This document shows, in pieces, positions 21,482 to 31,497 of a stretch of DNA of 53,366 nt. How positions within the stretch are numbered: position 1 is the stretch's first letter; each line of letters opens with the position of its first letter. Under the pieces are notes generated by a model that made no database searches, was not told where the DNA came from, and saw nothing but the letters and a program-made list of their open reading frames with translations. Source of the stretch: Myxococcota bacterium (GTDB lineage Bacteria; Myxococcota; UBA4151); NCBI GenBank assembly GCA_036338695.1, contig JAYZBQ010000063.1:1-53366 (forward strand), written 5' to 3'. Both the position numbers and the translations under genes were made by a program.

Positions 21482-21900
21482 TCGACTCGTTTAACACCGA
21501 CCAGATCGATGACGTCCTGCGCGCCCGCTGGCTCGACGAGCTCGGCGGCGACTCGATCCGCTCGCTCGCCGTGGAGCACCCAAAGCGCATCTGCCTGCGC
21601 GTCCTCATCGAATCGAGTAACGGTCGCCATCGCTGGGTCATCGAGGCCGGCTTGTCACGCCCTGAGCGCCCAAAAGATGAAGCGAGCGTACGCACGCTGG
21701 TGGTGAACTTCCTCGACGCCTACCTCGGCGATTGGTTCGCCTCGGAACGAACAGAGCGGCTCACGCTCGACTATGCGACCCATGAGTTTGAGGGGCGAGA
21801 GTACTTCGTGCGCGGGCGGCGCCGTGACCTCAAAGCCGATCAACTCGCCGCCGAATTTTTGGGCGAGCCGCTTGAGCCGGACCTCGAGGACTTCGATTAG
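21478..21900 (+). CDS. Hypothetical protein
   Basis: ATGA-coupled to pyrE; globular, acidic composition. Confidence 0.7.
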   Translation: MIDSFNTDQIDDVLRARWLDELGGDSIRSLAVEHPKRICLRVLIESSNGRHRWVIEAGLSRPERPKDEASVRTLVVNFLDAYLGDWFASERTERLTLDYATHEFEGREYFVRGRRRDLKADQLAAEFLGEPLEPDLEDFD

Positions 21901-21903
21901 CCG

Positions 21904-22371
21904 CTAGCTCGGATCGGGCGCTTCGGGCGGTGTCTTGTCCTCTACGTCAGGTGCCAAACCGGCGCTGCGCAAACGCACTGGAAACTCCAGCTCCCAGTCC
22001 TCACGATCTTTCGGGAAGCGCAGCTCGGCGAGCACGCCGCTAAAACAAGCGATCAAGCCGCTGACATCCGGCTCTAACTTAACCACGTCGACACGGCGCA
22101 CGGTCCCGTCTGCCCGCAACGCCAAGCGGAGGGTCAGGTCAACATCAGGATGATAGACCGGCGTGAGGATCGCCTCATAGCAGCTGCGAACCTCGGCTTG
22201 CGCGCTGCGGATCACCTTTTTGACCTCAGCGAGCAGGACCTCCTGGGTCGAGGTCTCCTGCAGCCTCGGCGGCGGCGCAGGCTCGGGCGCAATCGAAGCC
22301 ACCGGGGCAACCGCTGCCGGCGGCGCGGCGCTGGCGCAGCCTACCCACAGAGCACACAGCGCCAGCCTCAT
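21904..22371 (-). CDS. Lipoprotein with AgmX/PglI (TonB-C-like) C-terminal domain
   Basis: Lipobox LWVGC; Pro-rich linker; VKKVIR....VRSCYE...DGTVRRV...CFSGVLAELRFP...EFPV. Confidence 0.75.
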   Translation of the reverse strand: MRLALCALWVGCASAAPPAAVAPVASIAPEPAPPPRLQETSTQEVLLAEVKKVIRSAQAEVRSCYEAILTPVYHPDVDLTLRLALRADGTVRRVDVVKLEPDVSGLIACFSGVLAELRFPKDREDWELEFPVRLRSAGLAPDVEDKTPPEAPDPS

Positions 22372-23420
22372 GGGCGAAACTCAGCCTCGGTCCAAGCAAC
22401 CCCCTGAGGCATCCCGACCACGCTGGCGCGGTCAAACTGATCAAAGGTGAGGTCATCAGGAAGAGCCAGGTCAAAGTCGGCGTCGCTGCAGGTCCCTTGC
22501 GTCTCGGCGCATGGGTGTCCATTGAGGCAACGGCCACCAAAACAGCGCAGGTTGATGCTGACGAGAATGCCGTTTTCGGCATTGATCGGCCCAAGGCTCA
22601 ACGCCAGGTAGACCTCTTGCCCGTGACGTCGGCCATCGTAGTAGAAATCGCGCACACGCAAGGTGCGCTGATCCGTCAAGGTCACTCGCCCGCGTACATC
22701 TTGCAGGCCGCGCTCAAGCGAGGCGGTCCACCCCGGTCGCGGCACGGCGGCCACCTCACGGCAGAGCCCCTCACCTTGGTCTTCAACGCAGGCGCTGCGC
22801 GCCTCGTCGAGCTGGGCGTTGGCTCGAAATTCTGCGCAGTCATCGTCGGTCACGCACGGTGCGGCGCAGAACGAGTCGCCCGAGAACCCGCGTAGACAGC
22901 GCTGATGCCGGCATTGCTCGTCGCGATCGCAGCGAGAACCAGGCGCTTGACCGGCGCCCGCGTCGGGCTCGGGACCTGCGTCGCCTTCTCCGCCCCCATC
23001 AGCCGCGACGCCCCCATCTGCACCAGGTCCCGCGTCGGGAGGAGGAGGAGGTACCTGCAGGCACCAGAGCCGTGTCGTCTCACGGTTGGCGGGGACCTCA
23101 CAGGTAACCTCTTCGTTCGAGATACCGGCGCCCTCGGCGTAATCAAAACACGACTCCACGCGCACGCACGTCTTCGAACAGCGCAGGTACGTATTGGGAT
23201 AGTTGCCGACGAGGCACTTGTGGGAGGGGTTGTCGCAGTCCGTGTCGCGTTGACAGCGAGCGCCGAGCCCACCACCGAAGCCTGCGTCGGGTGGTCGCGA
23301 CGGGGCGCCCGTATCGGGCGTCCCCGCATCAAGGGGCGCCGCAGCACCCGCATCGGGCGTCGGCTCTTCACCCGTGCAGGCGAGCCCAGCCAGCGCCACG
23401 CATAAGGTCCATCGTTTCAT
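22368..23420 (-). CDS. Cys-rich lipoprotein with C-terminal DM13-like domain
   Basis: Lipobox LAGLAC; two G.RC.RD..C...C...C Cys modules; VRGRVTLTDQRTLRVRDFYYDG...EVYL...DLALPDDLTFDQF. ATG 23420 overlaps the ribD stop. Confidence 0.75.
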   Translation of the reverse strand: MKRWTLCVALAGLACTGEEPTPDAGAAAPLDAGTPDTGAPSRPPDAGFGGGLGARCQRDTDCDNPSHKCLVGNYPNTYLRCSKTCVRVESCFDYAEGAGISNEEVTCEVPANRETTRLWCLQVPPPPPDAGPGADGGVAADGGGEGDAGPEPDAGAGQAPGSRCDRDEQCRHQRCLRGFSGDSFCAAPCVTDDDCAEFRANAQLDEARSACVEDQGEGLCREVAAVPRPGWTASLERGLQDVRGRVTLTDQRTLRVRDFYYDGRRHGQEVYLALSLGPINAENGILVSINLRCFGGRCLNGHPCAETQGTCSDADFDLALPDDLTFDQFDRASVVGMPQGVAWTEAEFRP

Positions 23421-24556
23421 TTCGGCTCCAGACGATTCAGCCAATCGGCTTGATCTGCAAAGGACGGGTGGTCATCAAAGACGGTCCACAAGACGGCATC
23501 CTGCCCTAGCTGCGCCAGGTGCGCTAGCCTCCCGCGGCGCGCCTGCTCTAGGCGCTCAACCCCTTGACCGCGCAGCACAGGCAGCCCCGAACCACTCAAA
23601 CTCATCGGCGCCACCATCTGAATCCATTCGTCGACCACCCCAGCAGTCAACAGACTCGCAGCGAGCCCGCTGCCACCCTCACACAGCACCTCATTGACCC
23701 CACGATCTGCGAGGTTCTTCAGCGTCGACGACCAGTCACCATCGTTGGCGATGTGCGCATCGAACCCATCGGCAAGCCGAGAGCCCCCCACGAGCCACTT
23801 GGGACCGCCGCCCCCCCGAGGCGCAGGCGCCGCTCCGCTTTGGGTGGCCACAAGCCGGTGAGGTGCGTGCTGACTTTGATACCACCACGGCGGCTGCCCG
23901 TCGAAGCGCACGTTCAGCCGCACCGCATCTCGGCGCGCAGTTTCGGCGCCGACGAGAACCGACGCCATCCGACCGCGCAGCTCGTGCACCAGCCGGCGCG
24001 CCGCCGGCCCGGTGATCCACTGACTCTCCCCAGCAGATGTCGCTGCGGCACCCTCAAGCGTCACCGCCGTCTTCAGGACGATGCGCGGACGTCCTAGCCG
24101 CTGGCGCGTGAGATAACCCGGATTGAGCGCCAGGCAGGCATCCGCCATCACGCCCGAGCGCACTGTGATCCCTGCGTCACGCAGCGCCTGCGCGCCGCGC
24201 CCGGCCACACGCGCATCCGGATCATCGATCCCATAGACGACCTCGGCGACCCCAGCGCGGATCAGCGCGGCGCTGCACGCCGGCTGCCGGCCGCGATGAT
24301 GGCACGGCTCGAGCGTCACATAGACGCTGGCTCCGTGCGCCGCTTCGCCAGCTTGCTCCAGCGCCAGAGTCTCGGCGTGCTGCTCACCTGCGCGCCGATG
24401 TCCGGCAGCCGCCACCGTCACGCCCTCAGCGAGGACAACAGCGCCCACCGCAGGGTTCGGCGATGCGGCGCCCAAGCCGACAACCGCCGCCCGCAGGGCA
24501 GCCTCCATCGCGTGCTGATCGAGCGCCGTCGACTCGGCGGAAGCCAGTTGGGTCAT
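23417..24556 (-). CDS. ribD: Riboflavin biosynthesis deaminase/reductase RibD
   Basis: SPNPAVGAV, HAE, YVTLEPCHHRGRQPAC, SQWITG, VLCEGG. Confidence 0.94.
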   Translation of the reverse strand: MTQLASAESTALDQHAMEAALRAAVVGLGAASPNPAVGAVVLAEGVTVAAAGHRRAGEQHAETLALEQAGEAAHGASVYVTLEPCHHRGRQPACSAALIRAGVAEVVYGIDDPDARVAGRGAQALRDAGITVRSGVMADACLALNPGYLTRQRLGRPRIVLKTAVTLEGAAATSAGESQWITGPAARRLVHELRGRMASVLVGAETARRDAVRLNVRFDGQPPWWYQSQHAPHRLVATQSGAAPAPRGGGGPKWLVGGSRLADGFDAHIANDGDWSSTLKNLADRGVNEVLCEGGSGLAASLLTAGVVDEWIQMVAPMSLSGSGLPVLRGQGVERLEQARRGRLAHLAQLGQDAVLWTVFDDHPSFADQADWLNRLEPK

Positions 24557-24565
24557 GCTCGCGCT

Positions 24566-24946
24566 TTAGGCGGCGCCGAGCACCCGGTCAACGCCGCTCA
24601 TCAAGCTGACGGGATCGATGGGTTTGAACAAGCACGCCGCGGCGCCCATCTCTTCAGCGCGCAAGGACGTCGGCTTCGCCTCTTCGATCAAGGTCAACAG
24701 GATCACCGGCACGCTCGGGTGGTGCTCCCTAAGCCGCTCGAGCAACGTCCATCCGTCCATCTGCGGCATGATGATGTCGGCGAGCACCAAGTCGACGTGG
24801 TCCTCGTGTTGCAACACCTCGAGCGCCTGGACGCCATCCTCTGCCACCAAGACGTCAAAGCCACGCAGCTTGAGAACGGTCGCCAGCAAGCGCCGCAAAA
24901 CCGAGTCATCATCGACCACCAGGATGGTCCCTCGACCCTCACTCAT
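24566..24946 (-). CDS. Single-domain (CheY-like) response regulator
   Basis: ILVVDDD, DLVLADIIMPQMDG, VILLT, FKP; no output domain. Confidence 0.9.
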   Translation of the reverse strand: MSEGRGTILVVDDDSVLRRLLATVLKLRGFDVLVAEDGVQALEVLQHEDHVDLVLADIIMPQMDGWTLLERLREHHPSVPVILLTLIEEAKPTSLRAEEMGAAACLFKPIDPVSLMSGVDRVLGAA

Positions 24947-25021
24947 CAGCACACCCCATCGCAAGCTTCAGATCCCCCATACCCCAGGCTCATTCCACAA
25001 TTGAAGAGGCTGCGCAGAGAT

Positions 25022-26260
25022 TTAGTAGGGGAGCGGAAACCGAGCGCAGAGCGCGTTGACTTCAGCCCGTACCACCCCTGCCATCTCAGCGTCTTCCGGA
25101 TGACGCAGCAGCTTGGCGATCCAGCGACCCACTTGCACGAACTCCTGCTCCCCAAAGCCGCGCGTGGTCATCGCCGGCGACCCGAGCCGGAGCCCTGACG
25201 TGACAAACGGCGACTCAGGATCTCCCGGGATCATGTTTTTGTTGGTGGTGATGTCGGCCAGTTGGAGGACTTGCTCGGCGACTTTGCCTGTGAGCTTCGC
25301 CGATCGAACGTCCAGCATCAGCAAGTGGTTATCCGTCCCCCCACTGACGACCTGAAACCCTTCCGAGATGAGGGTCTCGGCGAGCGCTTGAGCGTTGCGG
25401 ATCACCTGCTCGCAGTACGCTGTGAACTCGGGCGCTGCGGCCTCCTTGAGCGCCACCGCCTTTGCGGCGATCACGTGCATCAACGGCCCCCCTTGAATCC
25501 CTGGGAAGATGCGAGAGTTCACCTTCTTCGCTCGCTCCTGCTTCATCAGGATGAGACCGCCGCGCGGCCCTCGAAGGGTTTTGTGGGTCGTCGTCGTCAC
25601 ATAATCGGCGAAGGGCACTGGGCTCGGGTGGTGTCCGGAGGCCACCAAGCCAGCGATGTGGGCCATATCGACCAAGAGCACTGCGCCGACCGAGTCGGCG
25701 ATCGCTCGAAAGCGCGCAAAGTCGATCACCCGGCTGTAGGCGCTGGCGCCGGCGATGATCATCTTCGGCTGGACCTGCTCCGCCTGCGCTGCGATCGCGT
25801 CGTAGTTGATCAACCCGGTCGACTCATCGATACCGTAGCTGTGCGCATCGTAGAGCCGACCGCTGAAGTTCACCGGCGAGCCGTGCGTCAAGTGACCGCC
25901 ATGATCCAGGCTCATCGCCAGCACACGATCCCCTGGCTTAAGCTCAGCCATGTAGACCGCCATGTTCGCGTTAGAGCCCGAGTGAGGCTGGACGTTCGCC
26001 GCCTCGGCGCCGAACAGGTCCTTGGCGCGCTCGATCGCCAAGCGCTCGACCTCATCGACGTGGACACAGCCACCGTAATAGCGGCGGCCGGGATAACCTT
26101 CGGCGTACTTGTTCGTCAGCACCGAGCCGACGGTCTCAAGCAGCGCCGGTGAGACGAAGTTCTCGCTGGCGATCAGCTCGATGCCCTCTTGCTGTCGCTT
26201 GACCTCAGCCTCCACAGCGGCGGCGACCGCAGGGTCCACAGTGCGTAAGTCGTTCATCAT
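25022..26260 (-). CDS. glyA: Serine hydroxymethyltransferase
   Basis: [57 protein letters not shown]. Confidence 0.98.
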   Translation of the reverse strand: MMNDLRTVDPAVAAAVEAEVKRQQEGIELIASENFVSPALLETVGSVLTNKYAEGYPGRRYYGGCVHVDEVERLAIERAKDLFGAEAANVQPHSGSNANMAVYMAELKPGDRVLAMSLDHGGHLTHGSPVNFSGRLYDAHSYGIDESTGLINYDAIAAQAEQVQPKMIIAGASAYSRVIDFARFRAIADSVGAVLLVDMAHIAGLVASGHHPSPVPFADYVTTTTHKTLRGPRGGLILMKQERAKKVNSRIFPGIQGGPLMHVIAAKAVALKEAAAPEFTAYCEQVIRNAQALAETLISEGFQVVSGGTDNHLLMLDVRSAKLTGKVAEQVLQLADITTNKNMIPGDPESPFVTSGLRLGSPAMTTRGFGEQEFVQVGRWIAKLLRHPEDAEMAGVVRAEVNALCARFPLPY

Positions 26261-26712
26261 GCTTTCTCCACAAAGCCCGCTGGAAACTTGTCCACGCGGC
26301 GTTGGTGACGACCGCCCTCAAAATCGGTCGCTAAAAAGGTGGTCAGGATCTCTGCAGCGAGCCCTAACCCAAGCGTTCGAGCGCCCATGCACAGGACGTT
26401 GGCGTCGTTGTGCGCACGCGTCGCTGCGGCGCTAAACACGTCGCTGACCGCAGCCGCCCGCAGATGATCAAAGCGGTTCGCCACCATGCTCATTCCGATC
26501 CCCGTGCCACACACCAGCACGGCGCGATCAGCCGGCGAGCGAGTGAGCGCGCCAGCGACACGTGCAGCCTGGTCGGGATAGTCGATGGAGTCGGTGGTCT
26601 CGGGGCCGTGGTCGATGGTGTGATAACCCAGCTCTTGCGCATGGGCGATCAGCGCTTGGCGAAACGCCACCGCGGCGTGGTCAGAGGCAAAATGAACGCT
26701 CGGCTTGGTCAT
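26257..26712 (-). CDS. rpiB: Ribose-5-phosphate isomerase B
   Basis: [39 protein letters not shown]. Confidence 0.95.
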   Translation of the reverse strand: MTKPSVHFASDHAAVAFRQALIAHAQELGYHTIDHGPETTDSIDYPDQAARVAGALTRSPADRAVLVCGTGIGMSMVANRFDHLRAAAVSDVFSAAATRAHNDANVLCMGARTLGLGLAAEILTTFLATDFEGGRHQRRVDKFPAGFVEKA

Positions 26713-26739
26713 AACGGGCTCCCGTCACCAAGCCCTTTG

Positions 26740-27981
26740 CTACCGAGCGCTCCTAAAGGCAACCGCTGCGTTCGTCCCACCGAAACCGAGGCTGTTGGAC
26801 AAGGCTACCTCGACCTGCTGCGGGCGCGCCGTGTGCGGGATGTAGTCGAGATCACACTCCGGGTCGCTGGTGAACTGGTTGATGGTCGGCGGCAGCACGC
26901 CGTGGTGCAACGCAAGGACGCTGTAGACCGCTTCTACCGCCGCCGCAGCGCCGAGCAAATGCCCCGTCATGCTCTTGGTTGAGCTCACGGCGAGACGGTC
27001 AGCATGATCACCAAACAGCGCCCGGATCGCAGCCGTCTCCATACGGTCGTTCGCCGGCGTCGAGGTGCCGTGAGCGTTGATGTACCCGACCTGCTCATTC
27101 GCCAGCTTACCGTCGCTCAGGGCGAGCGCCATCGCCTGAACGGCGCCGTCACCATCCGGCCTTGGGGCGGTGATGTGGTGTGCATCTGCCGTCGCCCCGA
27201 ACCCAGCCACCTCTGCGTAGATGGTGGCGCCGCGAGCCTGCGCGTGCTCCTCGGTCTCGAGCACGAGCACTGCGGCCCCTTCACCCAGCACGAAGCCGTC
27301 GCGATCTTGATCGAAGGGGCGCGACGCCGTCAGCGGGTCGTCGTTGCGCGTGCTCAGCGCCTTCATGGCGTTGAAGCCGGCGATGGTGGTGTGGCAGACG
27401 ACGGCTTCAGCGCCGCCGGTCAGCGCCACGTCGCAGGCGCCGCTGCGCAGCGCACGCAGGCTGGCTCCGATGGCGTGATTCGCTGAGGCACAGGCAGAGG
27501 TTGCCGTCCAACTCTCACCCCGAGCGCCCGTATAGATGCTCAGGAGGCCGGGCGCCATGTTGGCGATCAAGCCTGGGATGAAGAAAGGTGAGACGCGCCG
27601 CAGCTTGCGCGTCGCGATCCGGCCGCCGATCGTGTCCTCGAGGAACGGCATCCCACCGAGCCCGACGCCGAGGATGGTCGCTACGCGCTGCGCGTTGCCC
27701 TCATCGATCGTCAAGCCGGAGTCTGCGAGCGCCTCGAGCCCGGCAGCCAGTGAGACATGCAAGAAGCGATCGTAGCGACGCGCTTCGGGTTTGGACAACC
27801 ACTGCGTCGGATCAAAATCCGGGATCTCGCCAGCAAACTTGGTGATCAAGCCCTCATCGGGCTCGAACAGCGAGATCGGACCAATGCCGGATCGACCGGC
27901 GGTCACGGCGTCCCAGTTCGCTTGCTTTCCGATACCGAGCGGAGAGACGATCCCCAACCCCGTGACGACGACGCGCTTCAT
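26740..27981 (-). CDS. fabF: Beta-ketoacyl-ACP synthase II
   Basis: RVVVTGLG, SACAS, SRPFD.DRDGFVLGEG, INAHGTST, KSMTGHLLGAA, SNSLGFGGTN. Confidence 0.96.
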   Translation of the reverse strand: MKRVVVTGLGIVSPLGIGKQANWDAVTAGRSGIGPISLFEPDEGLITKFAGEIPDFDPTQWLSKPEARRYDRFLHVSLAAGLEALADSGLTIDEGNAQRVATILGVGLGGMPFLEDTIGGRIATRKLRRVSPFFIPGLIANMAPGLLSIYTGARGESWTATSACASANHAIGASLRALRSGACDVALTGGAEAVVCHTTIAGFNAMKALSTRNDDPLTASRPFDQDRDGFVLGEGAAVLVLETEEHAQARGATIYAEVAGFGATADAHHITAPRPDGDGAVQAMALALSDGKLANEQVGYINAHGTSTPANDRMETAAIRALFGDHADRLAVSSTKSMTGHLLGAAAAVEAVYSVLALHHGVLPPTINQFTSDPECDLDYIPHTARPQQVEVALSNSLGFGGTNAAVAFRSAR

Positions 27982-28018
27982 GCGACCGCTCCTTTCCCGC
28001 CTGGATGAGGCGGAGGAA

Positions 28019-28249
28019 CTAGCTGGTCAATCCGTTGAGGAAATCGATCGCAGCCTTGACGGTTTTGAGTTCGCTCGCTTGAGACTCTTCGACCTCGACG
28101 TCGAACTCATCTTCGAAAGCCATCACCAACTCGACGACCGCCAGGCTGTCGGCGCCCAGCTCGTCAAAGGTCTTATCAGGCGTGACCTCGGCGACAGACA
28201 CACCCAGCTGGTCAGCAATAATCTCGATCACTTTGTCTTGAACGCTCAT
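28019..28249 (-). CDS. acpP: Acyl carrier protein
   Basis: LGADSL.VVELVMAFEDEF phosphopantetheine motif; ATG 28249 with AAGGAG RBS. Confidence 0.96.
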   Translation of the reverse strand: MSVQDKVIEIIADQLGVSVAEVTPDKTFDELGADSLAVVELVMAFEDEFDVEVEESQASELKTVKAAIDFLNGLTS

Positions 28250-28428
28250 CTTTTTCTCCTTTAGACGTAGCATGTACGACGCCCGCAACGTAGGCACCGT
28301 AGCCACAGCGAACAACACCTTTTTGCTGCGAAAACCGCTGCGCATCCCAACCCCTCAAAAGGGCAAATGAGTGCGCATGAAGCGGGCGCTGTGATGCATG
28401 CGACGATGCCGTCGAGAGCACCCCTGAT

Positions 28429-30951
28429 TTAGCGACTAAAGCGCACCCTTGCGAACCCCGTGGCGCTGACCCCGAGCGACGACAAGACCCGCCCTTGCCC
28501 CGAGCTGAGGTAGGCGACGGCTGAGCCCTGCGGCAGCCCCTCGAGACGGATGGTCTCGACGACGCCCTCAACAAGCCGGACGCTCTCTCCCCCCGGAAGC
28601 GGCGCAGGGACCACCTCGACGGCGCCGTTGGGCGCCGGGGCGGCATAGACACGCAGCGCGCCGCCCGAGGTGGTCGTGATCACGCGCACGATCTCCGAGC
28701 CAGCGGTCGAGCGGATCGAGAGGCGGTCCGCTTGATCGCCCAGGGCAGCCTCAGGCAGCGCTAGGTGTGCGTCAAAACGCTGCTGCTCAAGCAGCCGCGG
28801 CGCGCGCGCTATCTGTGCCCGCACGCTCGCCCCGTCATCCGAGAGCGCCAGGACCGCAAAGAGGTAGTCATGCCCCTCTAAGCCACCGTAGACCGGCGCC
28901 ACGACGAAGGGCATCTCCACCGCGGCGCCGCCTTGATGGGCAGACATACCCAGCGGTGTAAACCCGGTGCCCGGATGGAAAACGCCGCCCGTTAGGATGC
29001 TCCCGTCGGCGCCGCTGGCTTCTGGAACCACCAGTTCGGTGCGGCCATTTTGTCGGACGCTCGGGCGGAGTTCGGTCAACGCAAAGCGTTGCCAATCCGG
29101 GACCAGCTCGTTGGTATCCTGATCGCCGTCGAGGTCATCTTGGTCCGCGACCAGCGGCTGCTCAGACAGCGGCAACCCGGCGACCAGTCCGTGGTCGAAG
29201 GCACCCAGCAGCGGGAAGATCGCCATCACGGCGTCACTCGGGCTGCGGATCCCCTGGAAACGCCCAAAGAGAGCGAGCGGGTCGACATTTCCGGCAAACG
29301 ACCACGCCGTCCTCAGCCCTGCGGCGCCGCGGGCGTAGGCTGTATCCTTGAGGTTGATCGGGAACCCAAACACCGTCGCCGTGAAGGTCGCACCACCCGG
29401 CATCGGCACGGCGGTGGCCCCCTGCCCGGGGATCTGAAGGTTCGCCGAGAAGGTGTCGCCAGCGAGCGTCAACAGATCAAACGCGAGGACATCTGGCATG
29501 CTCGCGCCGCTCAGCGAGAGCTGTCCGTCGCCCTGCGTCCGGACGTCGCTGAAGTCGACCCGCGCCCGAAAGCCAGCCGCGCGTGCCGATCGATCGCGCA
29601 TTACAGGGACGACGAGGCTGAGCGGGTCGCCGGCTTTGGTGACACCGCCGACGAGCATGGTCTGCTCGTACCCTTCGGTGTGAATCGAGAGGTTCACACC
29701 GCCTGCGCGCAGTCCATCGAGGTCGAGCTGCCCGGCCCCATCCGTTACGCCCTCTTGATAGCGCCAACCCTGCCCCTGATCGATCGCGATGCGCGCACCC
29801 GCAAGCCCACGCCCACGCTCATCAAGAACGGTGATTCGATCGCTCTGGGGCGCCGGGACCACGACCACCTGAACGGTCCGGTCTGCTGTGAGTTGGCCGA
29901 CCGCAACGTCGATGCGCGCCTCACCCCCAGCGAGCGCACGCACCGCACCTTGCGGTCCAACGGACGCAACGTTTGCAGCGTCACTCGACCACGCGAACGC
30001 CTGTCCACCGATCCCCTGTCCATTGACGTCGAGCGCCATCGCCGTGAGCTGCGCGTCCGCTCCGAGGGCAAGCGGCAGGCGGCAGGCGTTCTCGCTCCCG
30101 CCGGCGCAGACGCCGTAAGGGGTCACGATGACGATGCGGTGTGGCTCGACCGCAGGGCGCTCGACGCACTGACCGGCGCTGCAGAGTTGACCCTGTTCGC
30201 AATCCGCGGCGCTTCGACAGATGCCCTCGACGCACCGACCCGCCACGCAATCCAGCCCAGCGGCGCAAGGCGCCTGATCGCTGCAGCTCTGCGCGGCATA
30301 GCAGTAGCCATCATTGCATGTGCCGTTGTCCTCGCAGTCGTCATCGACGAGGCATCGATCGCGCTCGACGCAGACGCCCTCACCGTTGCACAGTTCACTC
30401 GCAGCGCAGTCGCTGTCACCGTCGCAGAAGGTCGCGTCGCGGCACCGGCTGGACTCGCAGACCTGTCCCTCATCGCAGTCGTTCGTTCGCTGGCATTCGG
30501 CGGGCATGCAGCTGCGACCGACCTCGCCGGATTCATCGGCGACCTCGACACAGATCGGGGTGTCACCCCGACACATGCGGTCACCGATGCAGCTCTGGCG
30601 GCACTCGCCGTCCACGCAGCGCTCGATCGGGCGCCCTGCGATCGTTCGGTCCGAGCAAGCCGGTCCATTGCCACACCCACCGGGCGTGACGCCGGCGTCG
30701 CCTTCACCGGCGCCTGCGTCGTTGCCGTCAATCGGGACACAGCGGCCACCTCGGCAGCGCGTGCCAGGCTCGCTGCAGTCCAAGCTGCTGGTGCACACAG
30801 GTCCTGCGTCCGCCTCGGCTCCTTGGACGCAAGCCCCGTCCTGGCAGATCTGCCCTGCAGCACAGTCGGCCTCCACGGCGCACGGCGCGTCGACCGACGG
30901 GCTACAGGCTGCGTACATCAAACCAAAAATCAACAAACCGATGCGTTGCAT
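28429..30951 (-). CDS. Large lipoprotein with tandem Cys-rich repeats, an Ig-like domain and a beta-rich C-terminal region
   Basis: Lipobox MYAAC; about 9 C...DC..G..C..G.C modules; Big_2-like AWSSDAANVASV..GAVRAL..G; carboxypeptidase-regulatory-like VLDERGRGLAGARI...TDGAG. Confidence 0.8.
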   Translation of the reverse strand: MQRIGLLIFGLMYAACSPSVDAPCAVEADCAAGQICQDGACVQGAEADAGPVCTSSLDCSEPGTRCRGGRCVPIDGNDAGAGEGDAGVTPGGCGNGPACSDRTIAGRPIERCVDGECRQSCIGDRMCRGDTPICVEVADESGEVGRSCMPAECQRTNDCDEGQVCESSRCRDATFCDGDSDCAASELCNGEGVCVERDRCLVDDDCEDNGTCNDGYCYAAQSCSDQAPCAAGLDCVAGRCVEGICRSAADCEQGQLCSAGQCVERPAVEPHRIVIVTPYGVCAGGSENACRLPLALGADAQLTAMALDVNGQGIGGQAFAWSSDAANVASVGPQGAVRALAGGEARIDVAVGQLTADRTVQVVVVPAPQSDRITVLDERGRGLAGARIAIDQGQGWRYQEGVTDGAGQLDLDGLRAGGVNLSIHTEGYEQTMLVGGVTKAGDPLSLVVPVMRDRSARAAGFRARVDFSDVRTQGDGQLSLSGASMPDVLAFDLLTLAGDTFSANLQIPGQGATAVPMPGGATFTATVFGFPINLKDTAYARGAAGLRTAWSFAGNVDPLALFGRFQGIRSPSDAVMAIFPLLGAFDHGLVAGLPLSEQPLVADQDDLDGDQDTNELVPDWQRFALTELRPSVRQNGRTELVVPEASGADGSILTGGVFHPGTGFTPLGMSAHQGGAAVEMPFVVAPVYGGLEGHDYLFAVLALSDDGASVRAQIARAPRLLEQQRFDAHLALPEAALGDQADRLSIRSTAGSEIVRVITTTSGGALRVYAAPAPNGAVEVVPAPLPGGESVRLVEGVVETIRLEGLPQGSAVAYLSSGQGRVLSSLGVSATGFARVRFSR

Positions 30952-31035
30952 TTTAGAACCTCTGTCTCTGGCAGGGCGAGTGTAGCCTAAGCTGATGGCT
31001 AAGCTCACCCCGCTTTTCGTCGTACCTGAGTGCAC

Positions 31036-31497
31036 CTATTGGAGCTCGTCCACAAGCGCCTGAAACCCGTCGTCGCTTGCGAGCTTAATCCGGACGTGAT
31101 CGCAGGCTTTGCCCGTCCATCCTTGACCGTCACGGCTATAGACGGCGAGCCCGAGGAGCTCACCCCCGTCCTCTGCTGCGTACAACTCGACGGCGGCGAC
31201 ATGGACACCCTTCGTCATATTGGGTGCCCCGATCGCCTCGCTCAGCGTCCTCCGCAGCGCCTCGGGCACCACCGCCCGGCTGCTCACGCGCTTGGCGCGC
31301 CGCCTGATCCGCCCCTTGTGACGGTCCACCTGACTCAGCTTGACCGGATCGCTCGCCCTGACTCGAGGACGGATGCCGAGCCATCGCTTCGTCGTCTCGA
31401 CGATCTCTTGGAGGTGGCGATAGGGGCTGTCGCGATCGGGTGATTCGGTGCACCCGATCAGAGCGATCACGATGCCCGCTCGGAGCGCTTGGCTCAC
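31036..31497 (-). CDS. Hypothetical lipoprotein
   Basis: Lipobox ALIGC; start overlaps the cpoB stop. Confidence 0.65.
   Translation of the reverse strand: MSQALRAGIVIALIGCTESPDRDSPYRHLQEIVETTKRWLGIRPRVRASDPVKLSQVDRHKGRIRRRAKRVSSRAVVPEALRRTLSEAIGAPNMTKGVHVAAVELYAAEDGGELLGLAVYSRDGQGWTGKACDHVRIKLASDDGFQALVDELQ

Noticed and set aside
26740..28249. Type II polyketide or aryl-polyene cluster
   Set aside because: A single canonical FabF and AcpP in the usual rpiB-glyA context, with no chain-length factor or tailoring genes.
29050..30990. 646-aa plus-strand ORF, and similar long antisense ORFs such as 46262-47578, 25262-26152, 38779-39720 and 50241-51122
   Set aside because: Shadow ORFs opposite well-supported genes. 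They are expected at high GC and show no recognisable motifs.
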